This document shows, one piece after another, positions 50,319 through 61,123 of a DNA stretch of 64,000 bases. Numbering within the stretch: position 1 is the first letter of the stretch; each line of letters opens with the position of its first letter. Below the pieces are notes generated by a model. That model saw only the letters and a program-made list of their open reading frames with translations, had not been told where the DNA came from and searched no databases. The stretch lies in contig CP070813.1 in the NCBI GenBank assembly GCA_020344055.1, positions 230,358-294,357 of the forward strand, read 5' to 3'. The DNA is from Candidatus Zixiibacteriota bacterium. GTDB lineage: Bacteria > Zixibacteria > MSB-5A5 > UBA10806. The translations under genes were made by a program, and so were the position numbers.

Positions 50319-51191
50319 TTACTTTTTCAGAATCCCCGTTACCACCCTCTCTATACCGCCAAGATCATTATGTGAACGTAGATCCATGAAAAGAGGAAAC
50401 ATAATCTTTTTTACCGTCTCGGCTTGACCCAGACCGACTTCAAAGGCCATAAGCCCGCCCGGCTTTAAGATTCTCGGCGCCCTCCTGCTTATCACCTTGA
50501 AAAATCTCAAAGGATCCTCCGGGCTGAAAAGCGCCGTTCGGGGCTCATGCTCTATAACCTCGGGCTGGAGCCTCTCTTTCTCGTATTCCGCTACGTAAGG
50601 AGGATTCGATACGACGCAATCGAAGACATCCAGACCCTCGATAAATTTTCTATCAAGAATATCGCCCGCCATAAATTTCGTATACTCTTGAACATTATTC
50701 AGGGCGGCGTTCTCTCTGGCTAGATCCAGGGCATCCGCGCTGATATCCACGCCAACGATATAAGTATCTGCAATGTTTTTGGCGAGAGCTATGGCGATAT
50801 TCCCTGAGCCGGTCCCGATATCGAGGATTTTCGGCGATTCGAAATCCTTAAGCACTTCAATAACAACTTCAACCAGAATTTCCGTTTCAGGGCGGGGAAT
50901 CAGAGCCCGCGGGTCGCATCTTATTCTTGCGTTATAAAACTCGACGTAACCTACCAGGTATTGCAGGGGTACTCGCTCCGCGCGCCTGTAAATCAGTTTT
51001 ATATATTTGTCAATTTTATCCGGATCTACTGTTCTTCGCGGATTTAAAAGAAGTTCGGGCCGCCTCATATCCAATACATGTCTCAAAAGGATTTCAGCCG
51101 AAACATCGAAATCTTCTATGCCGGTTTTTTTAAGCTGTTTTTTGCCCCAGTCAAGCAGAGAACCTGTATCCCAGCTACGCCCAGCCGTCAA
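50319..51191 (-). CDS. prmC: Release-factor glutamine N5-methyltransferase
   Basis: VSNPPY catalytic motif, SAM-binding ILDIGTGSGNIAIALA, 290 aa. Confidence 0.85.
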   Translation of the reverse strand: MTAGRSWDTGSLLDWGKKQLKKTGIEDFDVSAEILLRHVLDMRRPELLLNPRRTVDPDKIDKYIKLIYRRAERVPLQYLVGYVEFYNARIRCDPRALIPRPETEILVEVVIEVLKDFESPKILDIGTGSGNIAIALAKNIADTYIVGVDISADALDLARENAALNNVQEYTKFMAGDILDRKFIEGLDVFDCVVSNPPYVAEYEKERLQPEVIEHEPRTALFSPEDPLRFFKVISRRAPRILKPGGLMAFEVGLGQAETVKKIMFPLFMDLRSHNDLGGIERVVTGILKK

Positions 51192-51399
51192 TAATTTCCC
51201 TTTCGAAAAAAGCGGGAATGGAATCGTTCATCGTCCTGAAGTCCCGGCAACCGCCATGCATACGGAGCCGGCGGGCGTGATCTGGATAATTGTTGTCGTC
51301 TTGAAGGGAGAGCCGATTTCTAAGTTCTGTAAAACTCCCCATCATAATGGCGGCGGACGCGAAAGCCGATACTTCGAGAAAATCCCTTCTTTTCATATC

Positions 51400-52011
51400 C
51401 TAGTTCTCCGTTGTTTTCTTTTCGGCAAAGAAACCGTACCCTAACGCCAGCCTCAGGGACGATCCCGTAAACTCGAACGTTTTCTCGACCGGCTCTCCTA
51501 CGAGGTTAAATTCCTGCCATTTCATCCGGTAATCGAATTCAAAGAAATACCGGGAACTGAAAAAATAACGGATTCCCCCGAAAACGGCGGCCCAGTAGGA
51601 ATCATCGGTCCGTTTCGAAAAAATGTTTGAATCCTTGAACCTGCTGAAACCGGTATCCATGCCAAATACCAGCCTGGTGCCTCCGGATTCGGTTATCTCG
51701 TATTCATAATCTCCCAGAAATCCCACGCCCCAGGAGGAGATATCCGACGTACTGTTGCCGGGATTTATATTTTTGCTGAAAAATGATACGATTGCCCCGG
51801 TCCTGAATCCTTCGTCGAAACAGTAATACAATCCCGATTCCACCGACATATTGTCGTAAATCTCATAGCTGTTTCTGTCGGAACTGCCGAATTCGACCTT
51901 GCTCAATGGAAGATATTCCGTGCCGAGGCTTATTGAAATCCCTTCCGATGCCGGGACTCCGCTGGAAATAAACGGGATAACAAATAGCGCCGCTATAACC
52001 TTCCTGTACAT
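51400..52011 (-). CDS. Small outer-membrane beta-barrel protein (OmpW/OMP_b-brl-like)
   Basis: Signal peptide, 203 aa, alternating hydrophobic beta-strand pattern. Confidence 0.4.
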   Translation of the reverse strand: MYRKVIAALFVIPFISSGVPASEGISISLGTEYLPLSKVEFGSSDRNSYEIYDNMSVESGLYYCFDEGFRTGAIVSFFSKNINPGNSTSDISSWGVGFLGDYEYEITESGGTRLVFGMDTGFSRFKDSNIFSKRTDDSYWAAVFGGIRYFFSSRYFFEFDYRMKWQEFNLVGEPVEKTFEFTGSSLRLALGYGFFAEKKTTEN

Positions 52012-53339
52012 CAGGCCGCCGTTAAATTGAAATTGTTGATTTTCATAAACGGTACCAGCATGAGCGCCCCGTACTGAGGGATAAGTCTTTGCTGCGCGGA
52101 AAGCATCTCAACGTTGGAGAAGGCCTCCAGCATGGACTGCTGGACTCTCATATCAACTACAGGCTTAGTAATCTTTCCGCTTTCGATAAGAAAGGTGCCG
52201 TCCCGCGTATACCCTGTCACCAGTGTCCTCATGGGATTGAGGAAATTCAGATACCAGAACCGGGTTATATAAATTCCATGCTCGGTCGAGCCTATCATCT
52301 CATCCACGCTGTAATTGCCGGGATTGATAACCATGGCCTTGGGATACGGCCCGTACGAATTATCGGGCGGGAGAGCATGTCCGGTAGATTGCGTACCGGC
52401 AAGATTAGCGTAATAGCTGTTGTAGACCCCGGCTCTCGCAATACCGTTTTCTATTATGGTAACCTTACGCTTGGGGGCTCCCTCATAATCGAACGGCAGA
52501 TACTCTATCTGCGGATGGAACGGATCTTCGGTGATGGTTATGTTTTCGCCCATAATCCGCTCACCGAATTTACCGCTCATAAAGCTCCTGTTCTGATGAA
52601 GCAGTTTACCGCCGAAACCGAGGAACGCCAGAAACAGAAGGAAATTGGCGACCGCGTCGGGCTCCAGAATCACCGTGTAGTTTCCGGGTTCCAGTTGAAC
52701 GGGGTCGGTCTTATATGACGCCTTATCGAGCGCTCTTTGAGATACCGCTTTAAAATCGAACTTCTCGATATCTCTTCCCGCGGCCTGAGCCCAGCCAGCG
52801 AGCCCGTTTTCCGCCGTCGCCGTAAGGGTGAAACGGTATTCGGTATTGCTGGCAAAACTCTCGGTGCCCAGGGAGTTAGCCACGGCCAGCGAGGTTCCGG
52901 AGTTCTGCAAAGTGCCGGCGCAGGAAAGCGAATCCGATTTCGCTCTTTTGACGATATCGGCAACCGCATCAGCTCTGCCGCTCGCGGAATGGTCGAATGT
53001 CTTTTTATAAAAGCCGTCCGTTTTCATTATACTCTGCGAATCCGGCAGCGAATTGAAATCGGGATCGTCCTTCTGGTTTCGAGCTATCTCCTCCGCGTTC
53101 TGGATCAACCTTATCAGGCTGTCCGGAGTGATATCATTGGAGCGAGAGACGCCTATTTTCTTGCCGAATATCGCCCGGCACCAGATGGTGGAATCGGAAC
53201 GTCCCATATTCTGATGAATAAGGTTTTCCGCGAAACGGGTAAGGTAGAACTCCTCCGATTCACAGACCAACTCGGTCTGATCGGCCCTGGAGCTTTTCAG
53301 CGCCTTTTTGAAATCGCCGAGAATATTCTCATTTATCAT
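52011..53339 (-). CDS. pmbA: TldD/PmbA-family metalloprotease (PmbA/TldE-like)
   Basis: PmbA_TldD fold; paired immediately downstream of tldD; start chosen at MINENILGD inside ORF 52011..53426. Confidence 0.7.
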   Translation of the reverse strand: MINENILGDFKKALKSSRADQTELVCESEEFYLTRFAENLIHQNMGRSDSTIWCRAIFGKKIGVSRSNDITPDSLIRLIQNAEEIARNQKDDPDFNSLPDSQSIMKTDGFYKKTFDHSASGRADAVADIVKRAKSDSLSCAGTLQNSGTSLAVANSLGTESFASNTEYRFTLTATAENGLAGWAQAAGRDIEKFDFKAVSQRALDKASYKTDPVQLEPGNYTVILEPDAVANFLLFLAFLGFGGKLLHQNRSFMSGKFGERIMGENITITEDPFHPQIEYLPFDYEGAPKRKVTIIENGIARAGVYNSYYANLAGTQSTGHALPPDNSYGPYPKAMVINPGNYSVDEMIGSTEHGIYITRFWYLNFLNPMRTLVTGYTRDGTFLIESGKITKPVVDMRVQQSMLEAFSNVEMLSAQQRLIPQYGALMLVPFMKINNFNLTAA

Positions 53340-54784
53340 CAAGCACCAACCTTCACGTCGGATACCAGTATGGGCGACGCTCCCTGGGCGGTCCTGGCGT
53401 TCTGCCCCGGCTGTCCCTTCCCGCAATTCGGCGTCCCCCAGACTTTCCAGGAGGACTCATCGGCTACGCCTTTGACCGAACTCCAGAAATCTATGGTTTT
53501 GCCGGAAAAGGTCGGATTTTTGAATACCCGGCCCAACTTCCCGCCTTTGATTTCCCGGGCTATTTCGCATCCGAACTCAAATGAGGATCTGTCATCCGAC
53601 GGCGACCACGACGATATCGTCGACATGTAGATACCGTCGTCCACCGAGGATATAATATCATCGAATGTCATATCTCCGGGGGCAAGACTGACATTTGTTA
53701 TTCTGATTATCGGCATATTCCCCCAACTGTCGGCCCTCATGGCGCCCGTAGAACGGGCGGAAATCATTGCGGCCGTTTCCCGCGATGATAGATATCCGAC
53801 CAGAATGCCGTTTCTTATCAAATCCGCCTTGTGGGCTTTCACTCCTTCGTCATCATAACCATACGAAGCCAGACCATGGGGATGAGTGGGATCGGAGAAA
53901 ACGTTGATAATAGGAGAACCGTACCGCAGTTTTCCCAGCCTATCGACGGTGGCGAAACTCGTGCCCGAAAAGTTACGCTCCGATCCGAATACCCTGTCGA
54001 GTTCGAGAGGATGTCCTATCAGCTCGTGTATTAAAAGGCTTACGACAGAACCCTCAAACACCGCGTCGATTGTTTTCGAGGGACAAGCCTCGGCTGCAAG
54101 CAACGCCTGAACCTCCTCTGCAAGACGGGGGATTTCCGATTTAAAATCATACTCCGAAAGGAGCTCATATCCCTTACATTCATATTGCCCGCCGTTTTTC
54201 GGGAAACTGCGGGTGGCCCTTTCCCTGTGAGACCTGCTTATGCCGAGCTCCAACCCGACTCCGGAATGAATTATCTTCTGGTTAACGCGGGTGCCCTCGG
54301 ATGAGGCGAAAAATGCAACCGTCTTCCGGAAATCGATATGAGAATTTCGGGTATTTAGTTCCTCCCGGGCGGCCATCATGCCGTCCAGTTCCGAGAGGTA
54401 TTCAAGTTTTTCCTTTAGCGCAATCTCAAAAGGATCTATTTCGAAATTGGAGATATAATCATCTTTAAATGATTCCGTATCGGCCAGCTTGACCGGCTTG
54501 TCGTTTAACGTAGCCGAAGCCCTGCCGATATCGACAGCGTATTTTACCGCCCGCGAAATCTCCTTTTCGTTAATAACGGAGGTGCCGAAAAAACCCCATG
54601 CCCCTTCCACAAGAACCCTGATCCCCATGCCTCTGTCGACCGAGCGGTTTACCGACTCCGGGGAGCCATCCGAAAATGAAAGGGATTCATCCTCTATCTC
54701 GATATAACGGCCGTCGGCATATGAAGCTCCCAGCGATCGAGCCCTTTCCACCGCGTCAATGGCAAGTTTTTCTATTTGAGCCAT
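53339..54784 (-). CDS. tldD: TldD-family metalloprotease
   Basis: 481 aa; N-terminal IDAVERARSLGASYADGRYIEIEDESL... and GIRVLVEGAWGF motifs typical of TldD. Confidence 0.8.
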   Translation of the reverse strand: MAQIEKLAIDAVERARSLGASYADGRYIEIEDESLSFSDGSPESVNRSVDRGMGIRVLVEGAWGFFGTSVINEKEISRAVKYAVDIGRASATLNDKPVKLADTESFKDDYISNFEIDPFEIALKEKLEYLSELDGMMAAREELNTRNSHIDFRKTVAFFASSEGTRVNQKIIHSGVGLELGISRSHRERATRSFPKNGGQYECKGYELLSEYDFKSEIPRLAEEVQALLAAEACPSKTIDAVFEGSVVSLLIHELIGHPLELDRVFGSERNFSGTSFATVDRLGKLRYGSPIINVFSDPTHPHGLASYGYDDEGVKAHKADLIRNGILVGYLSSRETAAMISARSTGAMRADSWGNMPIIRITNVSLAPGDMTFDDIISSVDDGIYMSTISSWSPSDDRSSFEFGCEIAREIKGGKLGRVFKNPTFSGKTIDFWSSVKGVADESSWKVWGTPNCGKGQPGQNARTAQGASPILVSDVKVGA

Positions 54785-54833
54785 CTTGATCAGAAAATTA
54801 AAATCGTTTTGGGGCGACTCCCGGGGACCTTTT

Positions 54834-55913
54834 TCAGTTTTTGGCGTTCAATGGTTCCCGGTGCACCGTTTTTTTCGCTTCCAAAATCAACGCGCTTATG
54901 TCGCCGTTTATTATGTTTTCGAGATCGTAGAGAGTCAAGCCGAATCTGTGATCGGTCACCCTGTTCTGAGGAAAATTATAGGTGCGGATCTTTTCCGAGC
55001 GATCACCCGTTCCCACCTGTGTTTTTCTCCGACGGGCCTGCTCGCTGTTCTGTTCCCTGACGGCCTTATCGAGAAGACGCGCTCTCAAGACCTTCATAGC
55101 CTTATTCTTATTTTTCAGCTGAGATTTCTCGTCCTGGCAGGTGACCACCATGCCGGAAGGGATATGAGTTATCCGAACGGCGGAATCGGTGGTGTTCACC
55201 GACTGACCGCCCGGCCCCGACGATCTGAAGACATCTATCTTCAAGTCATTGGGATCGATCCTGATATCCACCTCGCGGGCTTCGGGCAGCACCGCCACGC
55301 TGGCCGCCGAGGTGTGGATTCTTCCCGAGGCCTCGGTCTGGGGAACCCTCTGGACCCTGTGAACGCCCGATTCATACTTCAAATCCCCGAAAACACCCTT
55401 GCCTTCCACCAGAAATATAATCTCCTTCAAACCTCCGATTCCGGTGGCGCTGGTATTCATAACGTCCATCTTCCATTCTTTATTTTCTATATAGCGACTG
55501 TACATCCTGTAGAGGTCGGCGGCAAACAGGGCCGCTTCCTCGCCGCCGGTTCCGGCCCTGATCTCCACAATGGCGTTTTTATCGTCGTCGGGATCCCTGG
55601 GTATCAAAAGCATTTCGAGTTCCGCTCTCACTTTTTCATAGTGATCTTCCAGTTCCTCCAGATCGGACTCCGCGAGCTCCAGCAGCTCTTTATCATCTGA
55701 TGTTTTCAGGATTTCCCGGTTGTCGTCTATATCCTTTATAATCTTCCTGAATTGCCGCCCCTTGATTAAGATCTCTTCCAGATCGGCATGCTCTTTGGAA
55801 AGCTCCCGGTATTTATTGTGATTGTTTATAACACCGGGATCGGCCAGAAGCTCGGTAAGCTCCCCGAAACGTTTCTCTAAAGGCTCCAATGCTTTTAACA
55901 AATCAACAGACAT
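54834..55913 (-). CDS. prfA: Peptide chain release factor 1
   Basis: GGQ motif [23 protein letters not shown]; 359 aa. Confidence 0.9.
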   Translation of the reverse strand: MSVDLLKALEPLEKRFGELTELLADPGVINNHNKYRELSKEHADLEEILIKGRQFRKIIKDIDDNREILKTSDDKELLELAESDLEELEDHYEKVRAELEMLLIPRDPDDDKNAIVEIRAGTGGEEAALFAADLYRMYSRYIENKEWKMDVMNTSATGIGGLKEIIFLVEGKGVFGDLKYESGVHRVQRVPQTEASGRIHTSAASVAVLPEAREVDIRIDPNDLKIDVFRSSGPGGQSVNTTDSAVRITHIPSGMVVTCQDEKSQLKNKNKAMKVLRARLLDKAVREQNSEQARRRKTQVGTGDRSEKIRTYNFPQNRVTDHRFGLTLYDLENIINGDISALILEAKKTVHREPLNAKN

Positions 55914-55936
55914 AATATTTATTACGGTTGTGGAAG

Positions 55937-56941
55937 TTAAGCGGGCTCGGGATCGAGGTATGTACCCGCGATGGATTCTTTCAACGCCGTTAAAGCCACC
56001 TCGACCTGATCATCGGACGGTTCCCTGGTGGTGATCCTCTGTATCCAGAGACCGGGGGCTATTAAAAACCTGGTTACCGGATGCGACCGCGTTTTCCCCG
56101 ATAGCTTCAATAGCTCAAACGACAATCCCGCCACCATCGGGAGGAATAAAAGGTGAGTTGAAAATCGTTCAAACAATCCCGGAGGATGACCGATAACTAC
56201 CGCGAAAACCGTATCGGATACCGAATAGGTCAGAATCGCGAGTAAAGCGACGATCAGAATAAAGCTGGTGCCGCATCTGGGGTGATGGGTTGTAAACCCC
56301 CGCGTGGATTCAACTTTTAACGGCAGATCGGACTCAAACGCGAAAATCGATTTGTGTTCCGCACCATGATACTGAAAAATCCTCCTGAAGCTTTCAAATC
56401 GGGAGAGCGACCAGATATAGAAAAGAAAGATAAGCATCCGAACCGCGCCCGCCACAAGATTGAATCCGACCGCGTCCCTGGGTATGGCCAGCAATTGAGT
56501 TATTAATATGGGTAAAAAGAAAAATATCGCCAATCCCATGCTTATGGAAAAAATAACCGTCAGCGCTACAGCCAGGTCCAGTTTTCCCGATTGCCTGTCG
56601 GCAATAACAGGTTCCTTATTCTCCGAGTCCCTGGCGGCTATCTCCGCGGAATAATTCAAGGTCTTGATTCCCAGAACCAGCATCTCCACAAACGAAATCA
56701 CTCCGCGGATAATAGGTTTATTCAGTATCTTCTTCTTTTTAGTAATGGACACAAAAGGCTCGGTTTTGGTATGAATGCTCCCGTCGGAAAGCCGCAAAGA
56801 CGTCGATACCTTCTCCGGCGACCTGATCATCACACCCTCGATAACGGCTTGCCCGCCGACGTTTTTATCCACCGAACGCAAAGCCGCCAATGGAATCGAA
56901 AGGCTGGCTACGAGAGACTTTTTTAACAGGGGTCCGCCCAT
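55937..56941 (-). CDS. DUF1385-family membrane protein (conserved rpmE-prfA neighbour)
   Basis: [16 protein letters not shown] matches the DUF1385 hallmark; start moved to internal Met (MGGPLLKK) to avoid overlap with rpmE. Confidence 0.6.
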   Translation of the reverse strand: MGGPLLKKSLVASLSIPLAALRSVDKNVGGQAVIEGVMIRSPEKVSTSLRLSDGSIHTKTEPFVSITKKKKILNKPIIRGVISFVEMLVLGIKTLNYSAEIAARDSENKEPVIADRQSGKLDLAVALTVIFSISMGLAIFFFLPILITQLLAIPRDAVGFNLVAGAVRMLIFLFYIWSLSRFESFRRIFQYHGAEHKSIFAFESDLPLKVESTRGFTTHHPRCGTSFILIVALLAILTYSVSDTVFAVVIGHPPGLFERFSTHLLFLPMVAGLSFELLKLSGKTRSHPVTRFLIAPGLWIQRITTREPSDDQVEVALTALKESIAGTYLDPEPA

Positions 56942-56969
56942 AAATAATCCGCCGGGGAGATGGAATACG

Positions 56970-57197
56970 TTACTTCTTTTCCTTATTGTTTTGTGTCGAC
57001 GTATCGCCATATTTGCGCCGGAATCTCTCGACTCTTCCAGCGGTATCGACAAGTTTCTGTTTACCGGTAAAAAACGGGTGGCAGCTGGAGCAAATTTCCA
57101 CCGCGATATCCTTAACCGTAGACCTGGTCTTGAAACTGTTCCCGCAAGCGCATTTTATGGTGGCCTCCATGTACTTCGGATGAATTTTCGATTTCAA
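56970..57197 (-). CDS. rpmE: 50S ribosomal protein L31
   Basis: [27 protein letters not shown]...[13 protein letters not shown]: Zn-ribbon type L31, 75 aa. Confidence 0.9.
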   Translation of the reverse strand: MKSKIHPKYMEATIKCACGNSFKTRSTVKDIAVEICSSCHPFFTGKQKLVDTAGRVERFRRKYGDTSTQNNKEKK

Positions 57198-57300
57198 TTT
57201 ATCCTCCTGATCCGATTATCTTCAAAATACTACAAACCTTAAATATAATATACGATTCCCGCTACGCAAATACTATTTAATCTCCTTAAGCCCATATTTT

Positions 57301-58623
57301 TTACCGCATTAGTGTCGTTTTCAATGTTTTTAACCGATCCGATTTGTTTGTATTGCCTTCTGCCCCCATTATCTTCACGAAATAAATCCCGCTTGCGCAT
57401 CCACTATTACCATTGTCGGTTCCATCCCAATAAACTTCGCCATAACCGTCTAAGGTTTCAATATATAACGCCTTTATCAACCGCCCCGAAATATCAAAAA
57501 TGCCGATATCCCTTTCTCTTGGTCCAGAATCATAGCTATGGAGCTTAATCACCGTACCGGCATTGAAGGGGTTAGGATAACTCTTTATCAAATAAGCGGT
57601 TTCCGGTAACATCTCCGATCTCTCTTCTTCGATACCGATCGCCGTATCATCGATAATCGTAATCGACAACGGACCGTCGCCGAGGCCGTATGATCCAATC
57701 ACGTTGCCCGAAAAATCTATCTTACTGACCGTATCATCGCCAAAATTGCAGGAATACACATATCCCAGGGAGTCCGCGGCTATGGAGGACGCTCCCAGGC
57801 CAACCATTATGGGATTTGAGGGGCCACGAATTATATCGCCGCTGAATATATCGTAGGAATAGACATAGCCATTCGCGGACCACCCTCCTGCCGACAGGTA
57901 ACCGATCCCGGTCGGGGAGATCGCCAGCCGGGAGGGTTGCCCGCCTATGAGTACGGAATCGATGGCAACTCCCGACCCGGGATCGAAAATATAAACCGAA
58001 CCCTCCACGTCGTCATAATTCCCGGTGCAGACTATATGAAGCATGCCGTCGGGCGCGCGGCTTATCCATTGCGGATTTTTGCCCACGTTATGGTCCGACA
58101 CGAAGGAGAAACCGCTTAATTCAATTCGGGCGACTTTACCCTGGCCGTAGCTGAAATTATTCGGATCGAAATATGTCTGGGTTACATAAAGATAATTATC
58201 CCGGCATAACAATCCCTCCGGATATCCTCCGATCTCGAGATCGCCGTCTATGGTATTTGTCACCAGGTTCAATCTGTACACTTTTCCCGATACCCAGCCG
58301 GTGACATAGGCGTAATTTCCGTAAAAGGCTATATTGTAAGGATTCGATCCTACAGGGAGAAGGTAAGTAAATTCAATTTGATGACTCGAGGAATTTATCT
58401 TCATGACGTCGGCTGAGATGGAATTGACGACATAAAGATAATTATCATAAAACGCCACCTGGTTGGGCGTCTCCCCCAGAATGGCGATATGATTGGCAAC
58501 AAGCCCGCTTTCCAGATCGATCAGCGACAACGTCTCCGCCAGGCCGTTCACCACATACGCTTCACGCTGCGCGTTCGGGGATGAACATAGTAACAAAATT
58601 AAAAAAAACGTTAACTTTCTCAT
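57301..58623 (-). CDS. YVTN/YncE-type beta-propeller protein with T9SS-like C-terminal domain; candidate surface cobalamin-binding BtuG analogue
   Basis: Signal peptide; repeated NP..IA......YV blades; C-terminal YPNPFNAGTVIKL...GIYFVKI CTD; 4-nt overlap with the upstream BtuB-like gene, which sits behind a cobalamin riboswitch. Confidence 0.5.
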   Translation of the reverse strand: MRKLTFFLILLLCSSPNAQREAYVVNGLAETLSLIDLESGLVANHIAILGETPNQVAFYDNYLYVVNSISADVMKINSSSHQIEFTYLLPVGSNPYNIAFYGNYAYVTGWVSGKVYRLNLVTNTIDGDLEIGGYPEGLLCRDNYLYVTQTYFDPNNFSYGQGKVARIELSGFSFVSDHNVGKNPQWISRAPDGMLHIVCTGNYDDVEGSVYIFDPGSGVAIDSVLIGGQPSRLAISPTGIGYLSAGGWSANGYVYSYDIFSGDIIRGPSNPIMVGLGASSIAADSLGYVYSCNFGDDTVSKIDFSGNVIGSYGLGDGPLSITIIDDTAIGIEEERSEMLPETAYLIKSYPNPFNAGTVIKLHSYDSGPRERDIGIFDISGRLIKALYIETLDGYGEVYWDGTDNGNSGCASGIYFVKIMGAEGNTNKSDRLKTLKTTLMR

Positions 58624-60836
58624 AGTAACCCTCCAGAATTCTCCAGTTTCAGGTTGAATCTATATTCCCGGGGCCTTTCCGGCTGACGATCCAGAATCTC
58701 ATACTGTACGTCGCCCATATTCAAAATGTCGATCCCGGCCGAGATACGGACCTTTCCAAAAGCCTTAGTATAACCCATACGTAAATCCAGCAGGTCTACC
58801 GGCGGCAGAGATTTCGTATTTTCCTCCGTCTGGTAACGTCTACCCAGATGACGCCCTGTTAGTTTTATGTCAATTCCGTATTTTCTAAATTGAATTCCCG
58901 CAGTCTGGGCCCCGATCGGCCGAAACGTCAGGAATTTGCTATAATGGTTAATTTCAGTCTCTTTGTTTAAAGGCTTTGTATATGACGCCGACCAGAAAAC
59001 CGTTACCGGTCCGGAAAAAGGGGCGCTCTCAAATGATAACTCCCATCCGCTGATCTCCGCTTTCGATAGATTAACCGGCTTAAATTTATTTCCGGCCCAG
59101 CGCCGCCAGATAATCAGATCATCATATTCCCGGAAGTGCCGGGCAATTCTGAATTTCGCCGGCACCGCGCTCTCGATATCGACATCGAAACCGATCTCGT
59201 ATCCCTCCGATACCTCCGATTTCAGGGCGGGGTTGGGTTCGGCGAAAACATCCTCCTTCCAGAAAAGGTCGGTCATATCCGGGAGACGCCTGGACCGCGA
59301 AAATGAAATATCGAATCCGGGATTGGCGAAAAGATCAAAACCGGTTCTCAATGTTGCGGAGGGAGCGTCGAAATCTCCCCCATCTCCCCCTTCCCTCCTG
59401 TACCCGACAGAAATTGCCGAAAAGTTCTTGATTTTGCGAAATCGCGGCAACGGGTAAGTAATACCGCTTTGAATTGAGTTCGTGGTCCGTGAATGAAATC
59501 CGAAACTCGCCTCCGGCCTGATATGGTCCTCGCCGTCAAGCGATTCGTACCGCAACTCCCCGGAAAGATCAAAATCGAAATCCCCCTTATACCGGTATGC
59601 CGCCTTAAGATCCCTTCCGGACTCTTTGAACGTGGAGTTATAGGCAATAAAATTATAGACGGATCTGGGGGAATCGTACTGTATCTCGCGATTCGTCATT
59701 CCGCCCGTAAATATTATGCCGGAATTAGGATCGAAATCCCTCGAAAATTTTAAAACCAGTTCCCTTTCGAAAATATCGGAGCGGGCATCGGGAGTAACCT
59801 GGAATATCGGCCCGGGGGAGCCGGCGTTTCTTTTGAAAAGCCTGGTAGTAAACTCCAGCGACGTATGATCGTATTCGTGTTTGATAACCCCGAAAAATTT
59901 CCTGTCATGGTAATAGTTGTTCTCACGGTTTTGAATCGAATCCCGGGGATCGGTAAACGTAAAATCGCCCCGGTCGAATATATCCTCATAATCGATACTG
60001 AACTCCGTTTTAAGAAAAATGGGCCCCGACAGTCGAGCCGTATATCCCTCACGGTCGAAGCCACCCCGTTCGGCGCCGGTTTCGATCTTCAGGTCATCAT
60101 CCGGATCGGCCGTGATGAAATTCACGCTTCCCGCCAGCCCTTTGCTGTCGTAACCGCCGCCCTTGACTATCTCGATTTTCGATACCGATCCCAAGGGAAT
60201 GGATGAGATATCCCCTCTTGACGATAAGACGGAGTTTATTCTTCTGCCGTTTAGTTTTATCTCGGTGCTATTCAGATCGGAGCCGCGCATACGCAGGAAT
60301 TTCTGGGCGCCGTATTCCACAAACTCTATCTCGGGAAGCCGCGATTGCAACTCGTCGATTGAAAACACCCCGCCATTGCCAATTTCAACAATCGTCACAT
60401 TGCCCTGACGGGTTATCAGTACCGGCCCGGTCCTGGACGCGGAAACGACCTGCCCTTTCACCTCTACGGGAAATGGCGTTAGCTCTATGACTAGAGACGT
60501 CGTGGAATATGATTCCACGGAGATCTCTATTTTTTCGGACGGTTTATATCCGATTCTTCCGGCGCTCAGGGAATATTCTCCGGACGGTATGTCGTTGAAA
60601 CGAAACGATCCATCGAAATCGGAGATGGAGGTTTTACCGTAATCCTCTATTGTAACCGTAACCCCCGAAATCGGGGCGCCCGAAACGCTGTCAATGACTT
60701 TCCCGGAGATCTTGACCTCGGATTGGGCATAGAGAATACCGGAAAAAAATATGAATGCCGCGATTACTGAAAATAAATACCGGCAAAGGGCTTTTGCTGA
60801 TAATTGCCGCCTCGCCGACGAACTTTTCGATGTCAT
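58620..60836 (-). CDS. btuB: TonB-dependent receptor, BtuB-like (cobalamin riboswitch-controlled)
   Basis: Signal peptide, CarbopepD_reg-like N-domain, plug and 22-strand barrel length (738 aa), C-terminal aromatic terminus region; cobalamin riboswitch in its leader. Confidence 0.65.
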   Translation of the reverse strand: MTSKSSSARRQLSAKALCRYLFSVIAAFIFFSGILYAQSEVKISGKVIDSVSGAPISGVTVTIEDYGKTSISDFDGSFRFNDIPSGEYSLSAGRIGYKPSEKIEISVESYSTTSLVIELTPFPVEVKGQVVSASRTGPVLITRQGNVTIVEIGNGGVFSIDELQSRLPEIEFVEYGAQKFLRMRGSDLNSTEIKLNGRRINSVLSSRGDISSIPLGSVSKIEIVKGGGYDSKGLAGSVNFITADPDDDLKIETGAERGGFDREGYTARLSGPIFLKTEFSIDYEDIFDRGDFTFTDPRDSIQNRENNYYHDRKFFGVIKHEYDHTSLEFTTRLFKRNAGSPGPIFQVTPDARSDIFERELVLKFSRDFDPNSGIIFTGGMTNREIQYDSPRSVYNFIAYNSTFKESGRDLKAAYRYKGDFDFDLSGELRYESLDGEDHIRPEASFGFHSRTTNSIQSGITYPLPRFRKIKNFSAISVGYRREGGDGGDFDAPSATLRTGFDLFANPGFDISFSRSRRLPDMTDLFWKEDVFAEPNPALKSEVSEGYEIGFDVDIESAVPAKFRIARHFREYDDLIIWRRWAGNKFKPVNLSKAEISGWELSFESAPFSGPVTVFWSASYTKPLNKETEINHYSKFLTFRPIGAQTAGIQFRKYGIDIKLTGRHLGRRYQTEENTKSLPPVDLLDLRMGYTKAFGKVRISAGIDILNMGDVQYEILDRQPERPREYRFNLKLENSGGLL

Positions 60837-60869
60837 TCCGAACCTCGCCCTCGAAGGTTGAAGGAACTA

Positions 60870-61020
60870 TTTACGATGGTATCCTGACTTACGGACCCTT
60901 TGCGGGCGGCCGCGCCTTCCCCTCTTGCGAGTGTGGCTCTTCGCGGCGCTTACCCGATCACAGTAGCGGGGCTGTGACGGTATCTCACCGTCTTCCCATC
61001 GGGGCTTTCACCCTGTTTAT
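60870..61020 (-). promoter_or_regulatory. Cobalamin (B12) riboswitch in the leader of the BtuB-like gene
   Basis: mRNA-sense sequence GGUGAAAGCC..GGGAAGACGGUGAGAUACCGUCACAGCCCCGCUACUGUGA...GAGCCACACUCGCAAGAGGGGAAGGCG...GUAAGUCAGGAUACCAUCG contains the conserved GGUG..A..CC / CCCGC.ACUGU / GGGAAGG / AGUCAGGA.ACC (B12-box) blocks in the canonical order, ending about 45 nt before the ATG. Confidence 0.7.
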
Positions 61021-61059
61021 CTACAATAAATTTTAATTCACTTGTCCCCGGTTGTCAAG

Positions 61060-61096
61060 CTTGAATGTAAAAAAGTAGGGGTCAGGCATGCCTGAC
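61060..61096 (-). terminator. Hairpin downstream of T9SS cargo gene 61124..62122
   Basis: AGGGGTCAGGCATGCCTGACCCCT perfect palindrome. Confidence 0.5.
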
Positions 61097-61123
61097 CCCT
61101 ACAAGTAACCATCTTACATCATA

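Noticed and set aside
52089-53630. Plus-strand ORFs 52089..52718 and 52737..53630
   Set aside because: Antisense to the pmbA/tldD pair; Arg/Gly-rich low-complexity translations.
54786-55700. 304-aa plus-strand ORF
   Set aside because: Antisense to prfA, which has a GGQ motif and full length; spurious.
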